Source: Escherichia coli
Lineage (GTDB): Bacteria; Pseudomonadota; Gammaproteobacteria; Enterobacterales; Enterobacteriaceae
Strand: one strand, 5' to 3'
NCBI RefSeq assembly: GCF_044647545.1
Contig: NZ_CP172818.1
Length of the DNA: 64,000 bases
The notes under the pieces: generated by a model
The model's input: only the letters and a program-made list of their open reading frames with translations
What the model was told of the DNA's origin: nothing
Database searches by the model: none
Translations under genes and position numbers: made by a program
Shown: positions 21,213 to 34,210 of the stretch, piece by piece
Numbering within the stretch: the stretch's first letter is position 1
Layout: every line of letters begins with the position of its first letter

Positions 21213-21714
21213 AGAGTTCGCGCAACATCCGCACTTCACAATCGACATGGCCCGTGCAGCCAAGCGCATAGTCGATATGCTCAAAGCCCAAATGCTCATA
21301 AAGCGCAATGGCTTCCTTTAAAAAAGCGGTCGTTTCCAGATAGCAGCGTTTGAAACCCATCTCTCGCGCCTGCTCCATCGCCATTAAGGCCAGTTTTTTT
21401 GCCAGCCCTTTGCCGCGGATAGCCGGAAGAAAATACATCTTTTGCAGTTCGCAAATATCCGACTCACTCCCGGTTAATGGCGCTATCCCACCGCCGCCGA
21501 CCACTTCACCCTCGTACTCAACGACCCAATATGCATGGCCAGGCTGACTATACACTTGATACAGCTCGTCAAGATTCGGATCGGCGACGGTGTAGCCTTT
21601 ATCAGCGGTAAGACCGTATTCGGCGGATACCTGACGAATGACGCGGGCGATAGCAGGATTATCCTGCAGCGTCAGGCGACGCATTACAGGTGATTGCGGC
21701 GCAATGTTATTCAT
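21211..21714 (-). CDS. yjgM: GNAT-family acetyltransferase YjgM, 167 aa
   Basis: ORF 21211..21714 minus; GNAT motif region ([19 protein letters not shown]). Confidence 0.88.
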
Positions 21715-21905
21715 AGTTTAACCCAATAAAAATAAAGTAATTATACATTTGTTTAATACCACTCTCTTCTTACGTGCGCAAGCGACTTATAAGTAATAAA
21801 GTTTTTGCCAGCCTATTACTGATAAGAGTATTGTAACGTGGCAGAACATTTTACTGTCTGTATATATAAGTTATATCAATGGATTTTTTAATTCAGGGAA
21901 TTTTT

Positions 21906-23102
21906 ATGGCTCAAGTTATTAATGAAATGGATGTTCCGTCCCATTCGTTTGTTTTTCATGGTACAGGTGAGAGATATTTTCTTATTTGTGTGGTGAATGT
22001 GTTGTTAACGATTATAACGCTAGGTATCTATTTACCATGGGCATTAATGAAATGTAAGCGTTATCTTTATGCTAATATGGAAGTTAACGGACAACGATTT
22101 TCTTATGGAATAACCGGTGGGAATGTTTTTGTTAGTTGTCTTATTTTTGTTTTTTTCTATTTCGCAATCTTAATGACAGTGTCAGCAGATATGCCGCTTG
22201 TTGGTTGTGTTTTGACTTTGTTACTGTTGGTTTTGCTTATATTTATGGCAGCAAAAGGACTGCGTCATCAGGCCTTAATGACCAGTCTCAACGGCGTAAG
22301 ATTTAGTTTTAATTGCTCTATGAAAGGGTTCTGGTGGGTGACCTTTTTCTTGCCGATTTTAATGGCCGTTGGGATGGGGACTGTTTTCTTTATCTCGACA
22401 AAGATGCTACATGCCAATAGTTCAAGTAGTGTTATTATATCTATGGTTCTGATGGCAATAGTTGGTATTGTTTCCATTGGTATTTTTAATGGTACTTTAT
22501 ATAGTCTGGTAATGAGTTTTCTCTGGAGCAATACCAGTTTCGGTATCCATCGTTTCAAGGTGAAATTAGATACTACGTATTGTATAAAATATGCCATTCT
22601 CGCATTTTTAGCTTTATTGCCTTTTCTCGCTGTTGCTGGTTATATTATCTTCGATCAAATATTAAATGCGTATGATAGTTCTGTATATGCAAATGATGAC
22701 ATTGAGAATTTACAGCAATTTATGGAAATGCAACGTAAAATGATAATCGCGCAGTTAATCTATTATTTTGGGATTGCTGTTAGCACCAGTTATTTAACGG
22801 TGTCGTTGCGAAACCATTTTATGAGCAACCTGTCACTGAATGATGGGCGTATTCGTTTTCGCTCAACTTTAACGTACCACGGTATGCTTTATCGCATGTG
22901 TGCGTTGGTGGTGATATCCGGGATTACGGGCGGTCTGGCTTATCCACTGCTGAAAATATGGATGATTGACTGGCAGGCAAAAAATACGTATTTGCTGGGC
23001 GATTTGGATGACCTTCCTTTAATCAATAAAGAAGAACAACCAGATAAAGGCTTCTTAGCCAGTATTTCACGGGGAATTATGCCTTCTTTACCATTTCTGT
23101 AA
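21906..23102 (+). CDS. yjgN: Inner-membrane protein YjgN (DUF898-like), 398 aa
   Basis: Start placed at ATG 21906 (MAQVINEMDVPSHSF...); multiple hydrophobic spans; AT-rich. Confidence 0.85.
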   Translation: MAQVINEMDVPSHSFVFHGTGERYFLICVVNVLLTIITLGIYLPWALMKCKRYLYANMEVNGQRFSYGITGGNVFVSCLIFVFFYFAILMTVSADMPLVGCVLTLLLLVLLIFMAAKGLRHQALMTSLNGVRFSFNCSMKGFWWVTFFLPILMAVGMGTVFFISTKMLHANSSSSVIISMVLMAIVGIVSIGIFNGTLYSLVMSFLWSNTSFGIHRFKVKLDTTYCIKYAILAFLALLPFLAVAGYIIFDQILNAYDSSVYANDDIENLQQFMEMQRKMIIAQLIYYFGIAVSTSYLTVSLRNHFMSNLSLNDGRIRFRSTLTYHGMLYRMCALVVISGITGGLAYPLLKIWMIDWQAKNTYLLGDLDDLPLINKEEQPDKGFLASISRGIMPSLPFL

Positions 23103-23107
23103 GAGAT

Positions 23108-23141
23108 AAAAAAGGCCGGAGCATGCTCCGGCCTTCGTTTT
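23108..23141. terminator. Bidirectional terminator between convergent yjgN and valS
   Basis: A6 - ggccggagcatgctccggcc hairpin - ttcgtttt. Confidence 0.7.
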
Positions 23142-23157
23142 CATCACTGTGTTTTGA

Positions 23158-26013
23158 TTACAGCGCGGCGATAACAGCCTGCTGTTCAATCAGCTTCGCT
23201 TTCGCTTCTGCATAACCTTCCAGCTTCTCACGCTCTTTCGCGATAACCGCTTCCGGTGCGCGGGCGACAAAGCCTTCATTTGCCAGCTTGTTCTCGATGC
23301 GGCTGATTTCACCTTCGATCTTCGCCACTTCTTTCGCCAGGCGCGCCAGCTCATCTTCTTTGTTGATGAGGCCAGCCATCGGGATCAGCAGCTCTGCGCC
23401 GTCGATGATCTTGGTAACGGAAACCGGACCTTTGTCATCGGCAGGCAGCACGGTGATGCTTTCCAGACGCGCCAGCGTTTGCAGGAAGCCACGGTTTTCG
23501 TTCACTCGACGTTCTGCATCCGCGCTGCAACCACGCAGCAGCAGTTCCAGCGGTTTGCCCGGCGCGATGTTCATTTCTGCACGGATGTTACGTACAGCAA
23601 CGATCGCCTGTTTCAGCCACTCGGTGTCGGCCAGTGCCGCTTCATCCACCTGAGACGCATCGTACTGCGGGAACGGCTGCAGCATGATGGTGTCGGCAGT
23701 GATACCACAAAGTACTTTCACACGCTGCCAGATGGTTTCGGTGATGAACGGAATGATCGGATGCGCGAGGCGCAGCAGACCTTCCAGTACAGTCACCAGC
23801 GTATGGCGAGTACCGCGCAGTTCTGCTTCGGTGCCACCGTTCATTACCGGCTTGGTCAGCTCGAGATACCAGTCACAGAACTGGTTCCAGGTGAATTCAT
23901 ACAGAATGCCTGCGGCGATATCGAAGCGGAAGCTGTCCAGCGCTTCGCGGTACGCTTTGATGGTCTGGTTGAACTCCGCCAGAATCCAGCGATCCGCCAG
24001 CGACAGCGTCATTTCGCCGCCGTTGAAGCCGCAATCCTGACCTTCTGTGTTCATCAGCACAAAGCGGCTGGCGTTCCACAGCTTGTTACAGAAGTTACGG
24101 TAACCTTCCAGGCGCTTCATATCCCAGTTGATGTCACGACCGGTAGACGCCAGCGCCGCCAGGGTGAAGCGCAGGGCATCGGTGCCGTGCGGTTCAATGC
24201 CGTTCGGGAACTGTTTCTCGGTGCGCTTACGGATTTTGTCCGCCAGCTGCGGCTGCATCATATTGCCGGTACGTTTTTCCAGCAGTTCTGGCAGCGAAAT
24301 ACCGTCAACCATATCCAGCGGGTCGATAACGTTACCCTTGGATTTGGACATTTTCTGGCCTTCGTCGTCACGAATCAGACCGGTCATGTAAACAGTGTGG
24401 AACGGCACCTGCGGTTTGCCATTTTCATCTTTGATGAAGTGCATGGTCATCATGATCATGCGGGCAATCCAGAAGAAGATGATGTCGAAACCAGATACCA
24501 TCACGCTGGTTGGGTGGAACTGACGCAGGGCGTCGGTATTTTCCGGCCAGCCAAGGGTAGAGAAGGTCCACAGCGCAGAAGAGAACCAGGTGTCGAGAAC
24601 GTCTTCGTCCTGACGCAGGACAACATCAGCACCGAGGTTATTTTCTTTACGCACTTCGTCTTCGTTGCGGCCAACATAAACGTTACCCGCTTCGTCATAC
24701 CATGCCGGGATACGGTGACCCCACCACAACTGACGAGAGATACACCAGTCCTGAATATCGCGCATCCAGGAGAAGTACATGTTTTCGTACTGCTTCGGTA
24801 CGAACTGAATGTCGCCGTTCTCAACCGCTTCAACCGCCGGTTTCGCCAGGACATCGGCACGCACGTACCACTGGTCGGTCAGCATCGGTTCGATAACTAC
24901 GCCGCCACGGTCGCCGTAAGGAACGGTCAGGTCGTGCGGTTTAATTTCTTCCAGCAGGCCGAGTGCGTCAACCGCAGCAACGACCGCTTTACGTGCAGCA
25001 AAACGCTCCAGTTTCTGGAATTCTGCCGGGATCTCGCTGGAATAAACGTCAGATTCGTTACCTTTGGTATCGAACACCTGGGCGCTTTCACGGATATCGC
25101 CGTCAAAGGTAAGGATGTTGATCATCGGCAGGGCGTGACGTTTACCGACTTCATAGTCGTTAAAGTCGTGCGCCGGGGTGATCTTCACGCAGCCGGTGCC
25201 TTTTTCCATGTCGGCGTGTTCGTCGCCAACGATCGGAATACGACGGTTAACCAGCGGTAGAATGACATATTTGCCAATCAGATCTTTGTAACGCGGATCT
25301 TCTGGGTTAACGGCCACGCCGGTATCGCCCAGCAGGGTTTCCGGACGGGTAGTCGCAACCACCAGATAATCTTTACCATCTGCGGTTTTCGCGCCGTCAG
25401 CCAGCGGATAGCGGATGTGCCACATCGAACCTTTCGATTCGCGGTTTTCCACTTCCAGGTCAGAGATAGCGGTGCGCAGTTTCGGGTCCCAGTTTACCAG
25501 GCGCTTGCCACGGTAAATCAGGTCTTCTTTATACAGACGAACGAAAACTTCTTTCACCGCATTGGACAGACCTTCGTCCATGGTGAAGCGTTCACGCTCC
25601 CAGTCGACGGAGTTGCCGAGACGGCGCATCTGACGGGTAATGGTGCCGCCGGATTCCGCTTTCCATTCCCAGATTTTGTCGATGAAAGCTTCGCGGCCGT
25701 AGTCGTGACGGGTTTTACCTTCTTCTGCGGCAATCTTGCGCTCAACGACCATCTGGGTAGCGATCCCGGCGTGGTCAGTACCGACCTGCCACAGGGTGTT
25801 TTTGCCCTGCATGCGCTGATAGCGGATCATGGTATCCATGATGGTTTGCTGGAAGGCGTGACCCATATGCAAACTGCCGGTGACGTTCGGCGGCGGGATC
25901 ATGATGCAGAAACTTTCCTGGCTTTCATCGCCATTAGGCTTAAAGTAGCCCTGCTTTTCCCAGTGCTCGTAAAGCGGCTGTTCGATATCTTGTGGGTTAT
26001 ATGTCTTTTCCAT
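23158..26013 (-). CDS. valS: Valyl-tRNA synthetase, 951 aa
   Basis: ORF 23158..26013 minus; HIGH-type ([14 protein letters not shown]) and KMSKS motifs. Confidence 0.97.
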   Translation of the reverse strand: MEKTYNPQDIEQPLYEHWEKQGYFKPNGDESQESFCIMIPPPNVTGSLHMGHAFQQTIMDTMIRYQRMQGKNTLWQVGTDHAGIATQMVVERKIAAEEGKTRHDYGREAFIDKIWEWKAESGGTITRQMRRLGNSVDWERERFTMDEGLSNAVKEVFVRLYKEDLIYRGKRLVNWDPKLRTAISDLEVENRESKGSMWHIRYPLADGAKTADGKDYLVVATTRPETLLGDTGVAVNPEDPRYKDLIGKYVILPLVNRRIPIVGDEHADMEKGTGCVKITPAHDFNDYEVGKRHALPMINILTFDGDIRESAQVFDTKGNESDVYSSEIPAEFQKLERFAARKAVVAAVDALGLLEEIKPHDLTVPYGDRGGVVIEPMLTDQWYVRADVLAKPAVEAVENGDIQFVPKQYENMYFSWMRDIQDWCISRQLWWGHRIPAWYDEAGNVYVGRNEDEVRKENNLGADVVLRQDEDVLDTWFSSALWTFSTLGWPENTDALRQFHPTSVMVSGFDIIFFWIARMIMMTMHFIKDENGKPQVPFHTVYMTGLIRDDEGQKMSKSKGNVIDPLDMVDGISLPELLEKRTGNMMQPQLADKIRKRTEKQFPNGIEPHGTDALRFTLAALASTGRDINWDMKRLEGYRNFCNKLWNASRFVLMNTEGQDCGFNGGEMTLSLADRWILAEFNQTIKAYREALDSFRFDIAAGILYEFTWNQFCDWYLELTKPVMNGGTEAELRGTRHTLVTVLEGLLRLAHPIIPFITETIWQRVKVLCGITADTIMLQPFPQYDASQVDEAALADTEWLKQAIVAVRNIRAEMNIAPGKPLELLLRGCSADAERRVNENRGFLQTLARLESITVLPADDKGPVSVTKIIDGAELLIPMAGLINKEDELARLAKEVAKIEGEISRIENKLANEGFVARAPEAVIAKEREKLEGYAEAKAKLIEQQAVIAAL

Positions 26014-26456
26014 TATTTCCAGGTTGCCGTATTCAGGTTGAAACCAGCCACGCGGTAGGCTTTATAGCGTTCGCGCGCCAGTTGTTTCAGAGAATCTTCA
26101 TAAGGAACGAAGTCTACCACTTCTGTGAAAGCGGTGGCAAAATCTGCAAAGCTTGTTCGCAGACTAATCAATATATCGCGCGGGCTGCTGCTACGCTTTT
26201 GCGGCCAGGCGATCTCCACCGGCGCACCGCCGCGCGGTCCTTCTCCCGCTAAATTATGCGGAACAAAGCTTTCTGCCGGACGCGCCCACAGGGCTTCATC
26301 CAGCCGGTAAGCCTGCTTTTCATCTTCACAGGCGATGAGCACGCGCTTACCGCTGCGCCAACGTTCTGCGGCAATTTCACACACCAACTGCTCAACGGCG
26401 CTTAAGCCATCGACGGTGGTGTCATTGTCCAGAAGGTAGAACGTTGCGTTTTTCAT
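26013..26456 (-). CDS. holC: DNA polymerase III chi subunit, 147 aa
   Basis: ORF 26013..26456 minus; stop overlaps valS start codon by 1 nt. Confidence 0.94.
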   Translation of the reverse strand: MKNATFYLLDNDTTVDGLSAVEQLVCEIAAERWRSGKRVLIACEDEKQAYRLDEALWARPAESFVPHNLAGEGPRGGAPVEIAWPQKRSSSPRDILISLRTSFADFATAFTEVVDFVPYEDSLKQLARERYKAYRVAGFNLNTATWK

Positions 26457-26474
26457 ATATGGGGCTTCTTGTGG

Positions 26475-26596
<122 letters not shown>

Positions 26597-26617
26597 TAAC
26601 AACTTTGCCTGATGCAA

Positions 26618-28132
<1,515 letters not shown>

Positions 28133-28395
28133 CTACGCTCCTGAATCTTAAAGACAACGGCGGTGGCTACAGATAGAATTGCAAGCTTTCGTAACTCATG
28201 TCCGCTGTTGCGATGACTTCGTGTTAATCTTAACGTTATTACGGCATTGGCACGTCAGAACATAATCTGAGAGGTGAATCCGTTGAGTATAATTATCTTA
28301 GCGACGATTTCGACGACTCAAGAGAATAAATGACGTTTAAGCCATGAAACAAGCTAAAATCCTGCAAAAGACGAGTTTTTACGGGCGTATTTAAA

Positions 28396-29496
28396 GTGAT
28401 AATCATAAGATATCTGGTGCGGGAGACGCTCAAAAGCCAGCTGGCGATACTCTTCATCTTGCTTTTGATCTTCTTCTGTCAAAAGTTAGTGAGGATCCTC
28501 GGCGCAGCGGTTGACGGCGATATTCCGGCGAATCTGGTGCTCTCCCTTCTCGGGTTGGGCGTGCCGGAAATGGCGCAGCTTATCCTGCCATTAAGCCTGT
28601 TCCTCGGGCTGCTGATGACGCTGGGCAAACTGTATACCGAAAGTGAAATTACGGTAATGCATGCCTGCGGCCTGAGCAAAGCGGTTCTGGTGAAAGCGGC
28701 AATGATCCTTGCGGTATTCACGGCAATCGTCGCGGCGGTTAACGTGATGTGGGCGGGACCGTGGTCATCGCGTCATCAGGATGAAGTGTTAGCAGAAGCG
28801 AAAGCGAACCCTGGCATGGCGGCGCTGGCGCAAGGGCAATTCCAGCAAGCGACTAATGGCAGTTCGGTGCTGTTCATCGAAAGCGTTGACGGCAGCGATT
28901 TCAAAGATGTGTTCCTCGCGCAAATTCGACCAAAAGGTAATGCACGTCCTTCTGTGGTGGTGGCCGATTCCGGACATTTAACCCAGCTGCGCGACGGCTC
29001 CCAGGTCGTCACTCTCAACCAGGGAACGCGCTTCGAAGGCACTGCACTGTTACGTGATTTCCGCATTACGGATTTCCAGGATTATCAGGCGATCATTGGT
29101 CACCAGGCGGTGGTGCTCGACCCGAACGATACCGACCAGATGGACATGCGCACATTGTGGAACACTGACACCGATCGTGCTCGCGCAGAACTGAACTGGC
29201 GTATCACGTTGGTATTCACCGTGTTTATGATGGCACTTATGGTCGTACCGCTGAGCGTGGTTAACCCACGTCAGGGACGCGTACTGTCGATGCTGCCAGC
29301 CATGCTGCTGTATCTGTTGTTCTTCCTGATCCAGACCTCCCTGAAATCGAACGGCGGTAAAGGTAAGCTGGACCCGACGCTGTGGATGTGGACCGTTAAC
29401 CTGATTTATCTGGCTTTGGCGATTGTTCTCAACCTTTGGGACACCGTGCCGGTCCGCCGCCTGCGCGCCAGTTTTTCGCGTAAAGGAGCGGTGTGA
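28396..29496 (+). CDS. lptF: LPS export permease LptF, 366 aa
   Basis: ORF 28396..29496; polytopic membrane protein; divergent from pepA. Confidence 0.94.
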   Translation: MIIIRYLVRETLKSQLAILFILLLIFFCQKLVRILGAAVDGDIPANLVLSLLGLGVPEMAQLILPLSLFLGLLMTLGKLYTESEITVMHACGLSKAVLVKAAMILAVFTAIVAAVNVMWAGPWSSRHQDEVLAEAKANPGMAALAQGQFQQATNGSSVLFIESVDGSDFKDVFLAQIRPKGNARPSVVVADSGHLTQLRDGSQVVTLNQGTRFEGTALLRDFRITDFQDYQAIIGHQAVVLDPNDTDQMDMRTLWNTDTDRARAELNWRITLVFTVFMMALMVVPLSVVNPRQGRVLSMLPAMLLYLLFFLIQTSLKSNGGKGKLDPTLWMWTVNLIYLALAIVLNLWDTVPVRRLRASFSRKGAV

Positions 29497-30578
29497 TGCA
29501 ACCTTTTGGCGTACTTGACCGCTATATCGGTAAAACTATTTTCACCACCATCATGATGACACTGTTCATGCTGGTGTCGCTGTCGGGCATTATCAAATTT
29601 GTCGATCAGTTGAAAAAAGCCGGGCAGGGGAGTTACGACGCGTTAGGCGCAGGAATGTATACCTTGCTGAGCGTGCCGAAAGATGTGCAGATCTTCTTCC
29701 CGATGGCGGCTCTGCTTGGGGCGTTGCTTGGTCTTGGGATGCTGGCGCAGCGCAGCGAACTGGTGGTGATGCAGGCTTCTGGTTTTACCCGTATGCAGGT
29801 GGCGCTGTCGGTGATGAAAACCGCCATTCCGCTGGTCTTACTGACGATGGCGATTGGTGAATGGGTCGCGCCGCAGGGCGAGCAGATGGCGCGTAACTAC
29901 CGTGCGCAGGCGATGTACGGCGGCTCGTTGCTCTCTACCCAGCAAGGTTTATGGGCGAAAGATGGCAACAACTTCGTCTACATTGAGCGGGTTAAAGGTG
30001 ACGAAGAGTTAGGTGGCATCAGTATTTATGCCTTTAACGAGAATCGTCGTCTGCAATCCGTACGCTATGCCGCTACCGCGAAGTTTGACCCGGAACATAA
30101 AGTCTGGCGTCTGTCGCAGGTTGATGAATCTGATCTGACCAATCCGAAACAGATCACCGGTTCGCAGACGGTGAGCGGCACCTGGAAAACCAACCTCACG
30201 CCGGACAAACTGGGCGTGGTGGCGCTGGACCCGGATGCACTCTCCATCAGTGGTTTGCACAACTACGTGAAGTATCTGAAGTCGAGCGGTCAGGATGCCG
30301 GGCGTTATCAGCTCAACATGTGGAGCAAAATCTTCCAGCCGCTATCCGTGGCGGTGATGATGCTGATGGCGCTGTCGTTCATCTTTGGCCCACTGCGTAG
30401 CGTACCGATGGGTGTGCGTGTGGTCACCGGTATTAGCTTCGGTTTTGTCTTCTACGTACTGGACCAGATCTTCGGCCCGCTGACGTTGGTTTATGGCATC
30501 CCGCCGATCATCGGCGCACTGTTGCCAAGCGCTAGCTTCTTCTTAATCAGCCTGTGGCTGTTAATGAGAAAATCGTAA
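29496..30578 (+). CDS. lptG: LPS export permease LptG, 360 aa
   Basis: ATG 29496..29498 overlaps lptF TGA (TGATG); MQPFGVLDRYIGK... Confidence 0.93.
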   Translation: MQPFGVLDRYIGKTIFTTIMMTLFMLVSLSGIIKFVDQLKKAGQGSYDALGAGMYTLLSVPKDVQIFFPMAALLGALLGLGMLAQRSELVVMQASGFTRMQVALSVMKTAIPLVLLTMAIGEWVAPQGEQMARNYRAQAMYGGSLLSTQQGLWAKDGNNFVYIERVKGDEELGGISIYAFNENRRLQSVRYAATAKFDPEHKVWRLSQVDESDLTNPKQITGSQTVSGTWKTNLTPDKLGVVALDPDALSISGLHNYVKYLKSSGQDAGRYQLNMWSKIFQPLSVAVMMLMALSFIFGPLRSVPMGVRVVTGISFGFVFYVLDQIFGPLTLVYGIPPIIGALLPSASFFLISLWLLMRKS

Positions 30579-30592
30579 CCGAATGAACGAAT

Positions 30593-30620
30593 AAAGGGAG
30601 CGAAAGCTCCCTTTATTATT
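30593..30620 (+). terminator. Rho-independent terminator after lptG
   Basis: aaagggag-cgaaag-ctcccttt hairpin followed by attatt. Confidence 0.55.
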
Positions 30621-30738
30621 GTTAGCATAGTGTGCTTCGTTCATTTATGAAAAATCATTAAAATTCAATATATTGCAGTGGTGTGGGCATAATAAGACGC
30701 GCCAGCGTCGCATCAGGCAAAGACAAATCGCACCTGGC

Positions 30739-32241
30739 TTACCTTTTTCTCCCCCCCAGCAAACTCCCCAACATTCCACGCACAATCTGATTCGTCACCT
30801 GGCGGGCGGCGCTTTTCGCCATTGTTTGCACAACACCATCTTTCTTCCCGCCGCGTGGTCCGGTAGTGCCGAACAAAATATCCTTCAATCCACCAAGAAT
30901 GCCGTCATCTACCGCTACCTCTTTCCCTTTCGCGGGGGGATTATTTTGCTGCTCGGTGCTTGCCTGTACGCCTTTTTGCAACATCTCATAGGCGGATTCC
31001 CGGTCCACGTCATCCTCGTACTTGCCATACACCGGAGAGTGATTAATCAAGCCATTACGCTCATCTTCCGTCACCGGTCCCATCCGCGAACAAGGCGCAA
31101 TCACCATCGCCCGTTCCACCACAGAAGGACTTCCTTTTGCATCGAGAAACGAGATTAACGCCTCGCCGGTCCCCAGTTCCTGGATTGCCTTTTCCGTATC
31201 AAATGCAGGGGTGGGGCGCATGGTTTGCGCCGCAGCTTTTACCGCTTTCTGATCTTTGGGCGTAAAAGCACGCAAAGCGTGTTGAACGCGATTACCGAGC
31301 TGGCCGAGCACATTATCTGGAATATCAGACGGGTTTTGCGAAACGAACCAGACGCCCACGCCTTTTGAGCGAATAAGCCTTATCACCTGCTCAATCTTAT
31401 CCAGCAGTACCTGCGGGGCATCGTTAAATAGCAGATGTGCCTCGTCGAAGAAAAACACCAGTTTTGGTTTCTCCAGATCGCCCGCTTCCGGCAATTGTTC
31501 ATACAACTCTGAAAGCATCCACAGCAGGCTGGCGGCGTACAGTTTCGGCATCTGATAAAGTTTCTCGGCGCTGAGGATATTGATAACGCCTTTACCGTTG
31601 GCATCGGTGCGCATCCAGTCTTTGATATCCAGCATCGGCTCACCAAAGAAGTGTGCTGCGCCTTGCTGTTCCAGCGACAACAGCCCGCGCTGGATGGCAC
31701 CAACCGATGCGCTACTGATATTTCCGTACTGATTCTGGAAGGATTTGGCGTTATCGCCGATGTACTGGGTAATTGCCCGCAGATCTTTAAAGTCGAGCAG
31801 TAACAGCCCCTGATCGTCAGCAATGCGGAAAATGATATCCAGCACGCCAGATTGCACATCGTTGAGATTCAACAGTCGCGCCAGCAACAGCGGTCCCAGA
31901 TCCGAAACCGTCGCCCGCACCGGATGGCCTTTCTCGCCAAAGATATCCCACACCACCACCGGATTGGCATGCGGTTGCCAATCATTGACGCCGATATTTT
32001 TAAGCCTTGCGAGCAGTTTTTCCGACGCCGTTCCTGCCTGCGCGATACCGGTCAGATCGCCTTTCACATCAGCCATAAACACCGGCACGCCGATTTCCGA
32101 CAATGACTCTGCCAGTTTTTGCAGCGTAACGGTTTTACCCGTCCCCGTTGCGCCGGTAATCAGCCCGTGACGGTTCGCCATTCCCGGCAGTAAAAACAGT
32201 TCTGTGTCCGGCGTGCGGGCAATTAACAGGGGTTCGCTCAT
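30739..32241 (-). CDS. yjgR: YjgR, DUF853 HerA/FtsK-like P-loop ATPase, 500 aa
   Basis: ORF 30739..32241 minus; Walker A GATGTGKT in N-terminal region. Confidence 0.9.
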   Translation of the reverse strand: MSEPLLIARTPDTELFLLPGMANRHGLITGATGTGKTVTLQKLAESLSEIGVPVFMADVKGDLTGIAQAGTASEKLLARLKNIGVNDWQPHANPVVVWDIFGEKGHPVRATVSDLGPLLLARLLNLNDVQSGVLDIIFRIADDQGLLLLDFKDLRAITQYIGDNAKSFQNQYGNISSASVGAIQRGLLSLEQQGAAHFFGEPMLDIKDWMRTDANGKGVINILSAEKLYQMPKLYAASLLWMLSELYEQLPEAGDLEKPKLVFFFDEAHLLFNDAPQVLLDKIEQVIRLIRSKGVGVWFVSQNPSDIPDNVLGQLGNRVQHALRAFTPKDQKAVKAAAQTMRPTPAFDTEKAIQELGTGEALISFLDAKGSPSVVERAMVIAPCSRMGPVTEDERNGLINHSPVYGKYEDDVDRESAYEMLQKGVQASTEQQNNPPAKGKEVAVDDGILGGLKDILFGTTGPRGGKKDGVVQTMAKSAARQVTNQIVRGMLGSLLGGRKR

Positions 32242-32296
32242 GAGATTTCCTCCAGTTTCCTGCCTGGGAAAGGGGCGCAGGCACCCGGCAAAGGGA

Positions 32297-33316
32297 TCAG
32301 AAGTCGGCTTTCAGGACCACTCGGTAGCGCGCTTTACCATCGCGTACATGCTGAATGGCGTCGTTAATTTTCGACATCGGGAACAATTCGGTAGTCGGCG
32401 CAACCTTGCTGCGGGCGGCAAAGCGCATCAGCTTACGCAACTCATAAGGCGTGCCGGTAGCAGAACCAGAGACGCTGCGGTCGCCCGCAATTAACGTAAA
32501 GGCCGGAACAGACAGCGGCGTGAGAACCGCACCGACCGTATGGAAATTACCGCCGTACGTCAGCGCTTCAAAATAAGGCTGCCAGTCGAGGCTGACGTTG
32601 ACGGTGTTGATAATGAGATCAAACTGCCCCGCCAGTGCTTTCAGTGCCTGCGGATCGCGGCTATTCACCACTTTATCGGCACCCATCGCCAGTACTTCCT
32701 GCTCTTTCGCCGGATTCGAACTAAAGGCTGTCACCTCGCATCCCATTGCGTGCAGAAGTTTTATAGCGATATGCCCCAGCCCGCCAATACCAATTACCCC
32801 AACGCGGCTGGTGGCAGTGATATGGTGCATTAACAGTGGTTTGAAGACCGTGATACCACCGCACAACAGCGGCCCGGCGGACTCGATATCAATATTTTCT
32901 GGCAGTGGAATCACCCATTGCCAGTCCGCACGCAACTTCTCGGCAAAGCCACCGCGATTCATAATCGTCGGCACCGCACCTTGCTCACAGTTGATCTGAT
33001 TACCGCTAATACAGGCATCGCAATGCCCGCAGCTACGCGCCGTCCAGCCAATCCCGACACGCTGACCGACCTGCAAACCTTTATCCTGCGCGGCGCTCCC
33101 GAGCGCCACCACGCGACCAATCACCTCATGCCCGGCAACCAGCGGATATTGTGAAAATCCCCATTCGTTATCGATCATCGACAGATCGGAATGGCAGATC
33201 CCGCAGTAATCCACCTGCACTTCAACATCTTGTGGCTTCAGTTCACCGGGATCGTACTCATAAACTTCCAGTTCGCCGCCTGCTTCTTTTGCGGCATAGC
33301 TTTTTATCATCGACAT
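32297..33316 (-). CDS. ahr: NADPH-dependent aldehyde reductase Ahr (YjgB), zinc ADH family, 339 aa
   Basis: Start placed at ATG 33314..33316 ([30 protein letters not shown]...); GHEVIG Zn-ADH motif. Confidence 0.9.
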   Translation of the reverse strand: MSMIKSYAAKEAGGELEVYEYDPGELKPQDVEVQVDYCGICHSDLSMIDNEWGFSQYPLVAGHEVIGRVVALGSAAQDKGLQVGQRVGIGWTARSCGHCDACISGNQINCEQGAVPTIMNRGGFAEKLRADWQWVIPLPENIDIESAGPLLCGGITVFKPLLMHHITATSRVGVIGIGGLGHIAIKLLHAMGCEVTAFSSNPAKEQEVLAMGADKVVNSRDPQALKALAGQFDLIINTVNVSLDWQPYFEALTYGGNFHTVGAVLTPLSVPAFTLIAGDRSVSGSATGTPYELRKLMRFAARSKVAPTTELFPMSKINDAIQHVRDGKARYRVVLKADF

Positions 33317-33511
33317 TTTTTGGTCCTTCTCTGGTGTTGTCTGGGAAGTGTAGAGCATGGCAGGGCGGGGTGCCTGGAGTGTGACAAAGGTTACACATCG
33401 CTGTATGCAATGCTGAAAATTTCAGCACTTAGCGAGGTGCGAGCAAGCTGGCGCTTGCATGGTGGCGTGCGACAGGTATAATCCACAACGTTTTCCGCAT
33501 ACCTCTTCAGT

Positions 33512-33596
33512 GCCGAAGTGGCGAAATCGGTAGACGCAGTTGATTCAAAATCAACCGTAGAAATACGTGCCGGTTCGAGTCCGGCCTTCGGCACCA
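33512..33596 (+). tRNA. leuX: tRNA-Leu (anticodon CAA), 85 nt with encoded CCA
   Basis: GCCGAAGTGGCGAAATCGGTAGACGCAGTTGATTCAAAATCAACCGTAGAAATACGTGCCGGTTCGAGTCCGGCCTTCGGCACCA; cloverleaf with long variable arm. Confidence 0.95.
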
Positions 33597-33609
33597 AAAG
33601 TATGTAAAT

Positions 33610-33633
33610 AGACCTCAACTGAGGTCTTTTTTT
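33610..33633 (+). terminator. Rho-independent terminator of leuX
   Basis: agacctc-aact-gaggtct hairpin followed by T7. Confidence 0.75.
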
Positions 33634-33782
33634 ATGCCTGAAATCCAGTGTTTATCTATCTTTCCCGCTATATTAACTCTCTCAAGGTCAACCGATATCA
33701 ACGTACATCTACCAACATATGTTGGTACAGATGATGGTATTTCCGGTTCGATAATGCTTGTACCAACAGGGAGGGAATACGC

Positions 33783-34209
33783 ATGGCATTAACAGATATC
33801 AAAGTCAGAGCAGCCAAGCCAACGGATAAGCAATATAAGCTGACTGATGGTGGCGGTATGCATCTGCTTGTCCATCCAAATGGTTCTAAGTACTGGCGTT
33901 TGCAGTACCGTTATGAGGGAAAGCAAAAAATGCTGGCACTTGGGGTTTATCCTGAAATCACACTAGCGGATGCCAGAGTACGTCGTGACGAGGCGCGTAA
34001 GCTGCTTGCGAATGGCGTCGATCCGGGAGACAAAAAGAAAAATGATAAGGTTGAACAGAGTAAAGCACGAACCTTTAAAGAAGTCGCGATTGAGTGGCAT
34101 GGCACCAATAAAAAGTGGTCTGAAGATCACGCCCATCGTGTGCTAAAAAGTCTTGAAGATAATCTTTTTGCAGCGCTTGGTGAACGTAATATCGCTGAGT
34201 TAAAAACTC
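33783..34209 (+). pseudogene. 5' fragment (~142 codons) of P4-type tyrosine integrase, truncated by the anomalous segment
   Basis: MALTDIKVRAAKPTDKQYKLTDGGGMHLLVHPNGSKYWRLQYRYEGKQK... typical P4-family integrase N-terminus beside a tRNA gene; homology stops at ~34209. Confidence 0.8.
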
Positions 34210-34210
34210 G

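Noticed and set aside
23479..25260. 593-aa ORF antisense to valS
   Set aside because: Antisense to a highly conserved essential gene; no independent support.
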